A stretch of 64,000 nucleotides of DNA from Candidatus Woesearchaeota archaeon (lineage in GTDB: Archaea; Nanobdellota; Nanobdellia; Woesearchaeales; SKIA01), in the NCBI GenBank assembly GCA_046704725.1, contig JBJKRI010000005.1:64001-128000 (forward strand), written 5' to 3'. Positions 26,185 through 35,756 of the stretch are shown here, in pieces (position 1 is the first letter of the stretch; each line of letters starts with the position of its first letter). The notes below the pieces were generated by a model. The model searched no databases. It was not told where the DNA came from and saw only the letters and a list, made by a program, of their open reading frames with translations. Both the position numbers and the translations under genes were made by a program.

Positions 26185-27348
26185 ATGGCGTCGTTTCTCG
26201 CGCAGCACTGGCTGGTCATCAGCTTCTACGCGCTGGTCATCGGCGCTGTCATCATCTTCCGCAAGAAATTCGAGTGGCAAGGAAAGATCGTCGCCCTGCT
26301 CCGGACGAACTGGGGGATACGCTGGATGGAGCGCACCGGGCAGAAGCACGCGAGGCTCATCCGCGTGCTGGGGACGATCGGCATCTACGTCGGCTTCGCG
26401 GGGATGCTCGCCATCCTCGCCATGCTTGTGTACGGCTTGTGGGAGCTCATCGTCAATCCGGCCGCGCCGCCCATCATCACCCCTGTATTGCCGGGAGTGC
26501 AGGTGCCCGGCAGCCCCATCGCCTTCCCCTTGTTCCAGACGCTCATCGCCTTGTTCATCGTGATCGTCGTGCACGAGTCGTCGCACGGCCTTGTCGCGGC
26601 GGCGCACGGCATGAAGGTGGAGAGCAGCGGGATATTGATACTCGGGCCCATCTTCGGGGCGTTCGTCGAGCCCGACGAGAAGCAACTCACCAAGAAGAAG
26701 CACCGCGTCCAGCAAGGGGTCTTCGCGGCGGGGCCGTTCAGCAACATCATCCTCGCTATCGTGCTCTTGGGCATCTGGATCGGTGGATTGTGGGTGGCGG
26801 GAAGCGCGATCGCCGCGACCGGGCTCACCTTCAGCTCTGTCGTTCCCGGTTCTCCCGCGGAGCACGCTGGCCTGGTGCCGGGACAGACATACATCAGGGC
26901 GGACAACCAGTCATTGACGAACAACTCCTTGACGACGATACTCGCCGCCACCAAGCCCAACGACACCTTCACCATGTCGACGGCGACGCATACCTATACG
27001 ATCACGCTCGGCGAGCGCTCCGACGCGAAAGGGCAATCCTGGATCGGCATCGACGGCGTGCGGACGGTATTGCAGGACGAGAGCAGCTGGGGCTGGCTCT
27101 ACGCGGTCATCAGCTGGGTGCTCGGCGTCTTCTACTGGGCGTTCATCCTGTCGCTGGGGCTCGGATTGGCGAACCTGTTGCCGCTGGGACCGGTGGACGG
27201 CGGGCGGATGCTGCAACTGAGCCTGCGCGAATGGCTGGGCAAGAAGCGCGGCGACGCGGTGTGGGCGAAGACGAGCTTCATCGTGCTCGGCGTGGTGCTC
27301 TTGCTGCTTCTCGTGCCGATCATCCGCGCTCTTGTGACGGGCGCCTAA
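26185..27348 (+). CDS. Site-2 protease (M50) with PDZ-like insert
   Basis: HESSH, GAFVEPDE, AAGPFSN, NLLPLGPVDGG. Confidence 0.95.
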   Translation: MASFLAQHWLVISFYALVIGAVIIFRKKFEWQGKIVALLRTNWGIRWMERTGQKHARLIRVLGTIGIYVGFAGMLAILAMLVYGLWELIVNPAAPPIITPVLPGVQVPGSPIAFPLFQTLIALFIVIVVHESSHGLVAAAHGMKVESSGILILGPIFGAFVEPDEKQLTKKKHRVQQGVFAAGPFSNIILAIVLLGIWIGGLWVAGSAIAATGLTFSSVVPGSPAEHAGLVPGQTYIRADNQSLTNNSLTTILAATKPNDTFTMSTATHTYTITLGERSDAKGQSWIGIDGVRTVLQDESSWGWLYAVISWVLGVFYWAFILSLGLGLANLLPLGPVDGGRMLQLSLREWLGKKRGDAVWAKTSFIVLGVVLLLLLVPIIRALVTGA

Positions 27349-27662
27349 GAATCCTGTCCGTTCACCGCCTCGATGACGCGGTCGTCGCCTTTCGGCTTGG
27401 CCTCGGGTCCGAGCTTGTAGATGATGCGTTCGGCCGAAGGCCCCCAAGAATACTCTCCCGTGTCTTTTTCGACACGGACCTTGACGAACTCTCCGAGCTC
27501 GCTTCCCTTGCGCAGGTGGTAGTACATGCTGCGTAACGTGACGGGCGGGAAGACTTGCTTGTACACCTTGTAGATCTGATAGCCGTACGCTTCGCCGAGG
27601 ACGAAGAGAATCTCTATCATGTTCTGCCGGATGTCCGATTGGACCGGTCTTCCTCGCTTCAT
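27345..27662 (-). CDS. PadR-like winged-helix protein
   Basis: YGYQIYK..TLRSMYYHLRKG..RIIYKLG; TATA about 25 nt upstream of ATG 27662. Confidence 0.8.
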   Translation of the reverse strand: MKRGRPVQSDIRQNMIEILFVLGEAYGYQIYKVYKQVFPPVTLRSMYYHLRKGSELGEFVKVRVEKDTGEYSWGPSAERIIYKLGPEAKPKGDDRVIEAVNGQDS

Positions 27663-27827
27663 TCCGTATGCACTCCCGCCGCGCACGGTATAAAAAAATA
27701 TGTGTAGTGGACGTCCAGGTTATTTTTCCATACGACCCCGTTTGCGCACGTGAGATTGCCGAATTCGCGGGACTGAAAGCTTTTCGGCATTGACGAAAAA
27801 CGTATCTTGGGGCGGGAAAGCCCCCAC

Positions 27828-29576
27828 TCAGAACTCCTTGACGAAGCGCTGGGCGGTCTCGAGCGCGAGGGCGACCTGGTCGGGGGCGGGGTCGTCAAAA
27901 CTGTCGCGCATCTCCCACAACGACAGGATGCGCTGCTTGTAAGGGACAGAGCGTTTCTGCGCGACGAGCTGCACGAGCGCGTCGAAATCCTCGGGCTGGT
28001 CGTCGTCGCGCAGCCATTCACGCATGGTGCGCTCGATCGCGTCGAGCGCCTGGTTGAGCATATCGGTAGCGAGGTTGCGCGTCTCCTCGAGGGACTCCGA
28101 CGCGGACATGTCCTCGTCCCCATCGGCTTCCTCATCCTCGTCGTCCCCATCGGCTTCCTCATCCTCGTCGTCCTCATCGGCCTCCTCGTCTTCAGGCTCA
28201 TCGGCTTCCTCATCCTCGTCGTTGTACTCCTCTTCGTCACCCTCTTCCGACTCTTCGTCTTGGGGGGCTTCTTCGTCACCTTCTTCGTACTCTTCGGCAT
28301 CCTCGTCGTCCAGGTCTTCCTCGTCGTACGCTTCAGCGTCCTCCTCGTCCTGAGGGATCTCCTCATCCGTTTCTTCGTCGAGGCCTTCCTCCGGTTCGTC
28401 CTCCTCGTCAGCAGGTGGCTCCTCGGCTTCCTCTTCTTGGTCGGGCTCCTCTTCGATGTCGGGCTCCTCTTCCTCGTCGGCAGGATTCTCGACCGAGGGT
28501 TCCTCGGGTTCCGGTTCGGCGGGCTCGGTCTCGGGCTCTTCGAAATCCATGGTCTCCACCGATTCGCTCCGGACGTCCTCCTCGACGCTCTCGCGCACGA
28601 GCTCCTCGGCCTCGGGGACTTCCTCCGGTTCCGGAGCGGCCTGCTCGTCCAGATCAACGATCTCTATCGCGGGTTCGGGTACAGCTTGCTCTTCAGGCTC
28701 CGGCTCGGGGGCCGGACGGTCGAGGGGTTGTGAATCGGACGGGAACGAGAGCAGGTACTGCTTCTCGGCCGACGCGCCGAAGACGGCGGCGTCCTCGCCG
28801 CACTTCTTGGCGTCGCCGGCGATGCGGCGTACGAAGTCATCGGTGAGCTTCTGGCTGCCGCGGTCGCGAGGGGCGGTGCGGGCGATCTCGCCCGTGCGTG
28901 GATTGCGATAGACCATGCTGTCCTGCTTGCCGATATTGCGGTCGAGGATGCGGAGCGTGTTGCCATCCACGAGATAGCTGTCGCCCACCTCCTCCTCGCC
29001 CACGAGACGTCCCCAGCCAAGGCCGGCGCGCACGGTGATGGACTGCCCGATCGTCACGCGCGCGGACACCGTGACGGGGGGCATGCGGTAGAAGACGATG
29101 CACGCCTTGACCGGGCCGCTCGGGTACGGGCTGGTGAAGACGCGGGACCAGAGCTGACGGACCGCGTCCGCCAGGGCCTTGATGCCGGTGATGTTGATGA
29201 TGACCGCGTCCTGTCGCAGGGCGGCGTCGGTGTAGAGCGTGGCGACCAGCGGCACTTCCGAGACGCTCATGTCCTGGCGGTGCAGCCCGAGGACCTCGAC
29301 GACCTCCGTGAGGACGGTCCCGACCTCGTCGGGGATGCGTCCGGTGACCACGCGACGCTTGATCTCCGCGTCCACGCGTTTCTGCGAGGGCTCGTCGGTC
29401 ACCGCCTCGATGAGGGACGCGACCTCTTTGCCGGTCCCCGAACGGTCGAGATAGCGTTCCAGCGCCTCGGGGCCGAGGACGAGGCCTGACTGGCCGAGCG
29501 CGTGCGCCGCGCGGACGAATCGGTGTGCCCGTTGGGGCAGTTCCTGCTGGAGTGCTTCGGTGTAGGAAAAGAGCAT
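27828..29576 (-). CDS. Degenerate PEP/pyruvate-binding (PpsA N-terminal-like) domain + long acidic tract + helical C-terminal domain
   Basis: AVRQLWSRVF, RAGLGWGRLV..GDSYLVD..KQ, QKLTDD resemble PpsA; about 200 aa of D/E/P low complexity. Confidence 0.8.
   Translation of the reverse strand: MLFSYTEALQQELPQRAHRFVRAAHALGQSGLVLGPEALERYLDRSGTGKEVASLIEAVTDEPSQKRVDAEIKRRVVTGRIPDEVGTVLTEVVEVLGLHRQDMSVSEVPLVATLYTDAALRQDAVIINITGIKALADAVRQLWSRVFTSPYPSGPVKACIVFYRMPPVTVSARVTIGQSITVRAGLGWGRLVGEEEVGDSYLVDGNTLRILDRNIGKQDSMVYRNPRTGEIARTAPRDRGSQKLTDDFVRRIAGDAKKCGEDAAVFGASAEKQYLLSFPSDSQPLDRPAPEPEPEEQAVPEPAIEIVDLDEQAAPEPEEVPEAEELVRESVEEDVRSESVETMDFEEPETEPAEPEPEEPSVENPADEEEEPDIEEEPDQEEEAEEPPADEEDEPEEGLDEETDEEIPQDEEDAEAYDEEDLDDEDAEEYEEGDEEAPQDEESEEGDEEEYNDEDEEADEPEDEEADEDDEDEEADGDDEDEEADGDEDMSASESLEETRNLATDMLNQALDAIERTMREWLRDDDQPEDFDALVQLVAQKRSVPYKQRILSLWEMRDSFDDPAPDQVALALETAQRFVKEF
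28114..28194. repeat. 27-bp coding tandem repeat (9-aa acidic unit), two exact copies and one degenerate copy
   Basis: TCGTCCCCATCGGCTTCCTCATCCTCG at 28114 and 28141, degenerate copy at 28168. Confidence 0.8.
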
Positions 29577-29600
29577 GCGGCGTTCGCTCCGATATCGTAT

Positions 29601-30443
29601 TTAATGGTTGTGTAGCGCGAGCCGCTCGAGCTCTTCCTGGCGTCGCTTGGCGTCCATCGCGGGACGGTATAGGTTCCAGAAGACGCGCGACAACCACTGC
29701 ACCCATGACGGGTCGCGCACCGCATAGGTGATGCGCAGATCCTCCTCGAGCTCTCCGGCACGATACGTGGAGGCGTGTTCCTCGTCGGTGAAGCGCGCGT
29801 ACGAGCCGTCGATGAGAAAACCACGCAAGGGTTGCTCCGCGTGGCGGATCTCGACACGCTCGGGGTGTTTCTTTCCGAGGGCGTGGACGGGCGCGAGGTT
29901 CGAAAGGCCGCCGAAGGAGACGCGCGTGAGGATGCGGAGCGTGACGCCACGCCCGACCAGGCGTGCGAGCACGTCTGCCACGCTCGTGCCGCCGGCATGG
30001 GCCTTGAGCACGGACAGGTTCCCGCTGAAGACGAGCAACTGCCGCTCGCACGACTCGAGATCGCGTATGATGCCTGCTGCGGCATTCTCAGAGAGCGGCT
30101 GGGCGCGGGCCGTCTTCTGCGCGTCGTCCGCCCACTGGTAGATGTCGAAGAAGCGGAAGTCCCGCTTGGCGGTGCCTGAGCGGATGCGCTTGTAGAGCTC
30201 TTTCTCCAGCTCGTCGCGCATGGGACGGTCGGCGTGGTCGTAATAGACGAGCTTGAGGGCGCCGCGCGTGCCCTTGCGGAAGACCTTGATGCGCAGCACG
30301 CCGGTGCGCTCGGCGATATCCTGCACGTAGCGCTCGGCGGTCACCCAGGAGCGCTCGATGCGGCGGGCCACCTCGCTGATGGCCCTCGGCTCCTTGCGCA
30401 CGAAGCCGATGATGGCCTCCTGCTCCTCCTGGCTGACGCCCAT
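29601..30443 (-). CDS. HTH regulator with TrmB/PLD-like C-terminal domain
   Basis: ISEVARRIERSWVTAERYV HTH; GVTLRILT..VEIRH..RGFLIDG..VFWNLY pattern. Confidence 0.75.
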   Translation of the reverse strand: MGVSQEEQEAIIGFVRKEPRAISEVARRIERSWVTAERYVQDIAERTGVLRIKVFRKGTRGALKLVYYDHADRPMRDELEKELYKRIRSGTAKRDFRFFDIYQWADDAQKTARAQPLSENAAAGIIRDLESCERQLLVFSGNLSVLKAHAGGTSVADVLARLVGRGVTLRILTRVSFGGLSNLAPVHALGKKHPERVEIRHAEQPLRGFLIDGSYARFTDEEHASTYRAGELEEDLRITYAVRDPSWVQWLSRVFWNLYRPAMDAKRRQEELERLALHNH

Positions 30444-30529
30444 GCAACCTTACACCCCTCATATAATAAAACACTTTCTATAATTATTTAGACTAATCAA
30501 GATATTCAGTGAATCTATATGTATAAGGT

Positions 30530-31555
30530 ATGGCAGAACTGTACGGCATCAGCGGAACCACATCCAGCGGCAAGACGACACTCATCAAACACCTCCAAGC
30601 GCGAGGCTACCCGGTCGCGCACGAATCGGCGACCACAATTATCGAAGAAGGATACCATCCGGCGAACGACTTCCACGACTTCGAACGACGCGTCCTGGAC
30701 CTGTCGATCGAACGGACGCTCGCGGTGCAGGACCTGGAAGGACCGGCCTTCCTCGACAGGCCCATAGCGGATATCATCGCGTACTACGGACTGGCCGGAG
30801 AACCGGTGCCCCCGACGGTGATCGAGGCGGCGGAGAAGTACATGCCGCGGCGTGTCCTCTTCTTGAGCGCGCTCCCCCTCGAGGACAACGGTATACGATA
30901 CGAGGACGAGGAGGGGCAGCGCCGGCTCGACAAAGAGCTGCGCCGCGTCTACGACTGGCTCGGAGCGGACGTCGTGGAGATACCCGCACCCTGGCGCGGG
31001 AGCGTGGATGCGAGCGTCGAGGCGCGCGCCGAGCTCGTCTTGTCGAACATCCTGCCTGACACGGGAGAGGAGATCGAACAGCTCTACCGAGCCTCGCATG
31101 AGGACGTGCGCACGCGTCTTTCCCACTATGCTGTCCGGTCTACGGACGAGACGGAGGAGCGCACGCAATTGTACGACTTCAACGGACGCTTGGCGAGGAG
31201 GGGCGAGCGACTGCGCGTGCGCTGGGGCGACGGCGTCGAGCTCACATACAAGACCGCCATGGACGGCAGGGACGTGAAGCGACGAAAAGAGGTCACGCTC
31301 GTGCGCGGACCCCTGGCGCGCTTCGCCGCGCTCGTGCTGCCAAAAGACGTCGCGTACCTGAACCACACGCAGACCTACCGTCCGGTCGGTGACGACGGCT
31401 GCAATATCTGCCTCGACCGCGTGGCAGGCCTAGGGGAGTTCGTGGAGGTCGAGGCCCGCAGCGAGCACCAACTGCTCTTGTGGCGGGAGCGGCTCGGACT
31501 CTCAGAACCCATCAGTCACGGCTACGCGGAGATGGTGCGGAAGGCGCGCGCATGA
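30530..31555 (+). CDS. P-loop kinase (AAA_28/NadR-like) fused to a CYTH domain
   Basis: GTTSSGKTT, FLDRPIADIIAY; C-terminal LRVR..LTYK, ICLDRVAGLGEFVEVE CYTH motifs. Confidence 0.85.
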   Translation: MAELYGISGTTSSGKTTLIKHLQARGYPVAHESATTIIEEGYHPANDFHDFERRVLDLSIERTLAVQDLEGPAFLDRPIADIIAYYGLAGEPVPPTVIEAAEKYMPRRVLFLSALPLEDNGIRYEDEEGQRRLDKELRRVYDWLGADVVEIPAPWRGSVDASVEARAELVLSNILPDTGEEIEQLYRASHEDVRTRLSHYAVRSTDETEERTQLYDFNGRLARRGERLRVRWGDGVELTYKTAMDGRDVKRRKEVTLVRGPLARFAALVLPKDVAYLNHTQTYRPVGDDGCNICLDRVAGLGEFVEVEARSEHQLLLWRERLGLSEPISHGYAEMVRKARA

Positions 31556-31911
31556 GCTGGAGGGAAGCCCGCATCGTCAGCGGTATCGTCGAGGACGTCA
31601 CAGGCTCGCATGGATCACTGGAGCTCACGGTGCGCGACGGGGAGAAGACGCAATGCGCGAGCATCCCGTCAAGCATCAAGACGGCGTTCGACGCCCTGCC
31701 CTACAGGGAGTTCTTCGTCGGCGAACTGGTATGGTACGCGGCCGGGACGCTCGTGCAGCACGGCATGGGCATGACCGGATACACGAGCACCACGGAATAC
31801 GAACGCCTGGAGCTGCGGACAGGACCGCACGCAGGGATGGCTTACACAAGACCCGACCATGGGGAGCGCTTCTGGGAGTGGGAGGGTTTTGCCGAGCTGA
31901 GTCGCGCGTAG
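31552..31911 (+). CDS. Hypothetical protein
   Basis: ATGA coupling to the upstream gene. Confidence 0.6.
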   Translation: MSWREARIVSGIVEDVTGSHGSLELTVRDGEKTQCASIPSSIKTAFDALPYREFFVGELVWYAAGTLVQHGMGMTGYTSTTEYERLELRTGPHAGMAYTRPDHGERFWEWEGFAELSRA

Positions 31912-32005
31912 TGTCCACTGGACTGGCACGCACGAAAGGGTTATGGCCTGCAGGGGCTCTGAGGGGTCCGTGCAGGCCGTTCGTCCCTCCGGAAGAGCAC
32001 AAAAT

Positions 32006-32021
32006 ACACTATATCTAGTGT
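32006..32021. promoter_or_regulatory. NrdR box
   Basis: ACACTATATCTAGTGT matches the bacterial consensus acaCwAtATaTwGtgt and lies upstream of nrdR-nrdJ. Confidence 0.8.
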
Positions 32022-32146
32022 TTTTTGGGCCACAATTCTTTTCTACTACACTAGCATATATCTCCACGGACAACGATGCTTTTAATGCGTGCCCGGTAAA
32101 GACCGCACCGGAAGCCGTGCGGGCTTTGCGCGCGGCAACGTACACC

Positions 32147-32596
32147 ATGCGATGCACCCACTGCGACAACGAGGACACCAAGGTCATCGAGACCAGGGAG
32201 GCGGGCGAGGACGTCCGCCGCCGCAGAGAGTGTCCGTCGTGCGGGGAGCGTTTCACGACCTACGAGCGCGTCGAGCGCCCGCAGCTGCGCGTCATAAAAA
32301 AGGACGGCAGCCGGGAGTTGTTCGACCGCGAGAAGATGCTGCGCGGCATGCTGCTCTCGTGCGAGAAGCGGCCGGTCGCGACGGACAAGGTCGAGGAAGC
32401 GGCACGCGTGGTGGAGGATCGTCTGCGCGGCCTCGGGGAGACCGAAGTGCAGACGAAGATGATCGGAGACCTCATCATGGAGCAACTACGGAAGCTCGAC
32501 CACGTGGCGTATATCCGGTTCGCGAGCGTGTACAAGGACTTCCGCAGCGTCCGGAGCTTCGAGAAAGAGATCAAAGTACTGACAGGGGGAAAATAG
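32147..32596 (+). CDS. nrdR: Transcriptional repressor NrdR
   Basis: MRCTHC..TKVIETR..RRRRECPSCGERFTTYE, ATP cone, AYIRFASVY. Confidence 0.97.
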   Translation: MRCTHCDNEDTKVIETREAGEDVRRRRECPSCGERFTTYERVERPQLRVIKKDGSRELFDREKMLRGMLLSCEKRPVATDKVEEAARVVEDRLRGLGETEVQTKMIGDLIMEQLRKLDHVAYIRFASVYKDFRSVRSFEKEIKVLTGGK

Positions 32597-32598
32597 CT

Positions 32599-35130
32599 AT
32601 GCAGCAGAAGACAGTGAACATGGACATGCCGAAGATCACCGCGACTGAGAACCAGAGGAAAGTCATCAAGGACAAGTATCTGCGCGACGCTCCCAGCCTA
32701 GAGGCCTGGTTGATGGGCGTCGCACACAACATCGCTCTCGCGGAGATCGTCCATTCGCTGCCCGAGGAGAAGGTCTTCAAGGACGTGTCCTATGAGAAGC
32801 GCGCCTTCGACAACCGCGGACAGACGACGTACGAGTACTTCCTGCACGCCAAGGCCAAGGACATCGACGAGCAGAAAGAGAACTTCCGCCGCTTCATGCA
32901 GAACCTCAACGAGCTCGCGGCGAACGACCCCCAAGCCAAGAAGATCGTCGAGAAGACGCAACGCGAGTTCTACGCGCTCATGTCCACCTGGAAGTTCCTG
33001 CCCAACAGCCCGACGCTCATGAACGCCGGCAGGGACCTGCAGCAACTGTCCGCATGCTACGTCCTGCCGGTCGAGGATTCCCTCGAGGGCATCTACGATA
33101 GCGTCAAGAGCATGGCGATCATCCACCAGAGCGGCGGCGGGACCGGATTCGACTTCAGCCACCTGCGGCCATCAGGGAGCAGGGTGCAGAGCACGCTCGG
33201 CGTGGCCTCCGGACCGCTCACCTTCATGCAATTGTTCGACAAGAGCACGGACGTGGTCAAGCAAGGAGGGACGCGTCGAGGCGCGAACATGGGTATCCTG
33301 CGCTACGACCACCCTGACATTGACAAGTTCATCGAGATGAAGAAGACGCCCGGCGTGATGGAGAACTTCAACGTGTCGGTCACCATCACCGAGGACTTCA
33401 TGGACAAGGTCGGCAAGGGAGAGGACTACGACCTCATCGACCCGCACACCAACAAGGTCGTCGGCACGCGGAACGCCAAGAAGATGTGGGACCGTCTCGT
33501 GCACGGCGCGTGGGAGACCGGCGACCCAGGCATCATCTTCATCGACCGCATCAACAACAGCAGGAGCAACCCGACGCCCGCGCAAGGCATGATCGAGAGC
33601 ACGAACCCGTGCGGCGAGCAGCCGTTGCTGCCTTTCGAGCCGTGCAACCTGGGAAGCATCAACCTCTCCAAGTTCGTCTCCGGAGACGACATGGACTGGA
33701 CCGCGCTCAAGCAGACCGTGCGGACGTGCGTGCACTTCTTGGACAACGTCGTGACTGTGAACAACTACCCGCTCTTCCAGATCGAGCGGATCGCCAAGTC
33801 GAACAGGCGCATCGGCCTGGGCGTCATGGGATGGGCGGAGACCCTCGTCAGGCTCGGTCTGCCCTACGGCGGCCCCGAATCCCTCGAGAAGGCAAAAGAG
33901 GTCATGCGCGTCATAAACGAAGAAGCCATGGCGGCTTCCGAAGCGTTGGCGAAGGAGCGCGGAGCGTTCGGGGGCTGGAAGGACAGCATCTTCGACAAGC
34001 AAGGAGACTACTATCGCGGCGAGGACCACACGCCGCGCAACAGCGCGCGCACCACCATCGCCCCGACGGGAACGATCGGCATCGCGGCTGGCCTGCAGGG
34101 AGCGGGCATCGAGCCGTTCTTCGCCATCGTCTACACGCGATACAACGCGAAAGCGCTGGACGCGCTCAAGAAGGGAGAGACCCCGAATCCGAACGACACC
34201 TTCTGGGAGGTCAATCCCTTGTTCGAGAAGATCGCCGCGGAGAACGATTACTTCGGCCTGGGCAAGGAGGAGTTGTGGAAGCGCATCGACGCCAACCACA
34301 AGAGCGTCACGGGCATGAAGGAGATTCCCGAGAAGGTGCAGGCACTGTTCAAGACGAGCCACGACCTGACGCCGCTCGACCATGTGCGCATGCAATGCGC
34401 CTTCCAGGAGTACACGGACAACGCCGTGTCAAAGACGGTGAACCTCAAGAACGAGGCCAAGCCAAAAGACATCGAGGAGGTCTACATGCTCGCCTTCAAG
34501 CTCGGCGCGAAGGGCGTGACCGTCTATCGCGACGGCTCGAAGAGCTTCCAGGTATTGAACCTCGGCGACAAGAAGGCCAAGGCCGAGAAGAAGCCCAAGA
34601 AGATCGACCGCGACACGCTCCAGGAGAAGAGCGATTACTACCAGATCGAGACCGGTTCGGGCACATTGCACATGCACATCAACTACGACGAGCTCGGGCC
34701 CAGACGCATCTTCGGCAACCTCTCGCCGTTGGGGACGGAGATCAGCGGACTGACCTCGGCGTTGTGCATCATGATCTCGAAGTACCTGGAGGCAGGCGGG
34801 GACCCCGTGCGCATCCTCAAACACCTCAACAGCATCAAGAGCGACCGGCCCTACGGCTTCGGAGCGAAGCGCGTGGACAGCGTGCCGCACGCCATCAGCA
34901 AGGCATTGCGGCAGAACCTCGTCAAGACGGGTTTCTTCGCCGACCAGAGCGGACAGACGTCCCTGACGGGAAAGAAGCTCGATGTCGGCGATACCGTCGA
35001 GGAGGTCGTGAAGGCCGAGAGCGTGTCGGACAGGCTGCACTGCAGCAAGTGCTTTTCCACGAACGTGCAGATGATGGCCGGCTGTTCGGAGCCGACGTGC
35101 TTCGACTGCGGCTACTCGAAGTGCAGCTGA
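32599..35130 (+). CDS. nrdJ: Class II adenosylcobalamin-dependent ribonucleotide reductase
   Basis: FLPNSPTLMNAG, QLSACYV, TNPCGEQPL, TIAPTGT, SKTVN, YRDGS, C-terminal CFDCGYSKC. Confidence 0.96.
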   Translation: MQQKTVNMDMPKITATENQRKVIKDKYLRDAPSLEAWLMGVAHNIALAEIVHSLPEEKVFKDVSYEKRAFDNRGQTTYEYFLHAKAKDIDEQKENFRRFMQNLNELAANDPQAKKIVEKTQREFYALMSTWKFLPNSPTLMNAGRDLQQLSACYVLPVEDSLEGIYDSVKSMAIIHQSGGGTGFDFSHLRPSGSRVQSTLGVASGPLTFMQLFDKSTDVVKQGGTRRGANMGILRYDHPDIDKFIEMKKTPGVMENFNVSVTITEDFMDKVGKGEDYDLIDPHTNKVVGTRNAKKMWDRLVHGAWETGDPGIIFIDRINNSRSNPTPAQGMIESTNPCGEQPLLPFEPCNLGSINLSKFVSGDDMDWTALKQTVRTCVHFLDNVVTVNNYPLFQIERIAKSNRRIGLGVMGWAETLVRLGLPYGGPESLEKAKEVMRVINEEAMAASEALAKERGAFGGWKDSIFDKQGDYYRGEDHTPRNSARTTIAPTGTIGIAAGLQGAGIEPFFAIVYTRYNAKALDALKKGETPNPNDTFWEVNPLFEKIAAENDYFGLGKEELWKRIDANHKSVTGMKEIPEKVQALFKTSHDLTPLDHVRMQCAFQEYTDNAVSKTVNLKNEAKPKDIEEVYMLAFKLGAKGVTVYRDGSKSFQVLNLGDKKAKAEKKPKKIDRDTLQEKSDYYQIETGSGTLHMHINYDELGPRRIFGNLSPLGTEISGLTSALCIMISKYLEAGGDPVRILKHLNSIKSDRPYGFGAKRVDSVPHAISKALRQNLVKTGFFADQSGQTSLTGKKLDVGDTVEEVVKAESVSDRLHCSKCFSTNVQMMAGCSEPTCFDCGYSKCS

Positions 35131-35140
35131 ACCTTCTTTT

Positions 35141-35680
35141 TCAGTCCTTCACTCCCTCGACACCCCAGCTCTTGTCGATGAGGCGCTTGATGGCGGCGTA
35201 GATTTCATCAGCGTTGCCGTCGGGAACAGCGATGAACTCGATCTTCTGACGGACGATGTCGGCCTTGTCGAAACTCCCGTTGATAACGATGTTGCCGTTC
35301 TTGTCCCTCTTCACACTGTCCATGTACTTGACGGGGCAGTACGTTCCCTCGTACGCGCGGCGACGCACGCTACCGAACGATTGGTCCATGTCAGAACCGA
35401 AGGAAACCTTGCTATCCTTCTTGAGGATGACGCGTGAGATGGCCTCGTCGGTGAGGGTGTAGCGGAAGCGGCGTTTCGGAAAATGCTGGAACAGCGTGAC
35501 CATCGCGACGATGAAGACCGCGAACAGGATGCCTGCGAAGAACTGGTTGCGGAACTCAGGATACAGGACGTAGACGACCACGTCCGCCGCCACGAGAACC
35601 AGTCCGAGCGCCCACGCGCCGTGACCGGTCAGGACGATGAGGGGGCGTGTGACTTCCCATTCGAGGAGGGTCTTGGCCAT
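35141..35680 (-). CDS. Hypothetical membrane protein (2 TM + PH-like domain)
   Basis: Two hydrophobic helices then YTLTDE; start ATG 35680 with TTAAG box upstream. Confidence 0.7.
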   Translation of the reverse strand: MAKTLLEWEVTRPLIVLTGHGAWALGLVLVAADVVVYVLYPEFRNQFFAGILFAVFIVAMVTLFQHFPKRRFRYTLTDEAISRVILKKDSKVSFGSDMDQSFGSVRRRAYEGTYCPVKYMDSVKRDKNGNIVINGSFDKADIVRQKIEFIAVPDGNADEIYAAIKRLIDKSWGVEGVKD

Positions 35681-35756
35681 GCAAGGGAACTCTGAAAGAC
35701 AGTACTTAAGCGCTCCTATCGTTATGCATATAACCGAGCGCCGGTTCCATATCCGT

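Noticed and set aside
28100-28520. Repeats that might be a CRISPR array
   Set aside because: In-frame coding repeats of an acidic tract with no unique spacers and no cas genes.
30444-30529. AT-rich spacer as a replication origin
   Set aside because: Short, lies between divergent genes, no ORB-like repeats or cdc6 nearby; better explained as divergent promoters.
31912-32146. Possible cobalamin riboswitch ahead of nrdR-nrdJ
   Set aside because: Hairpins exist (GGCCTGCA/TGCAGGCC, GCCGTGCG/CGCGCGGC), but I could not find B12-box or GGGAA..GCCCCCGC core motifs. An Infernal search would settle it.
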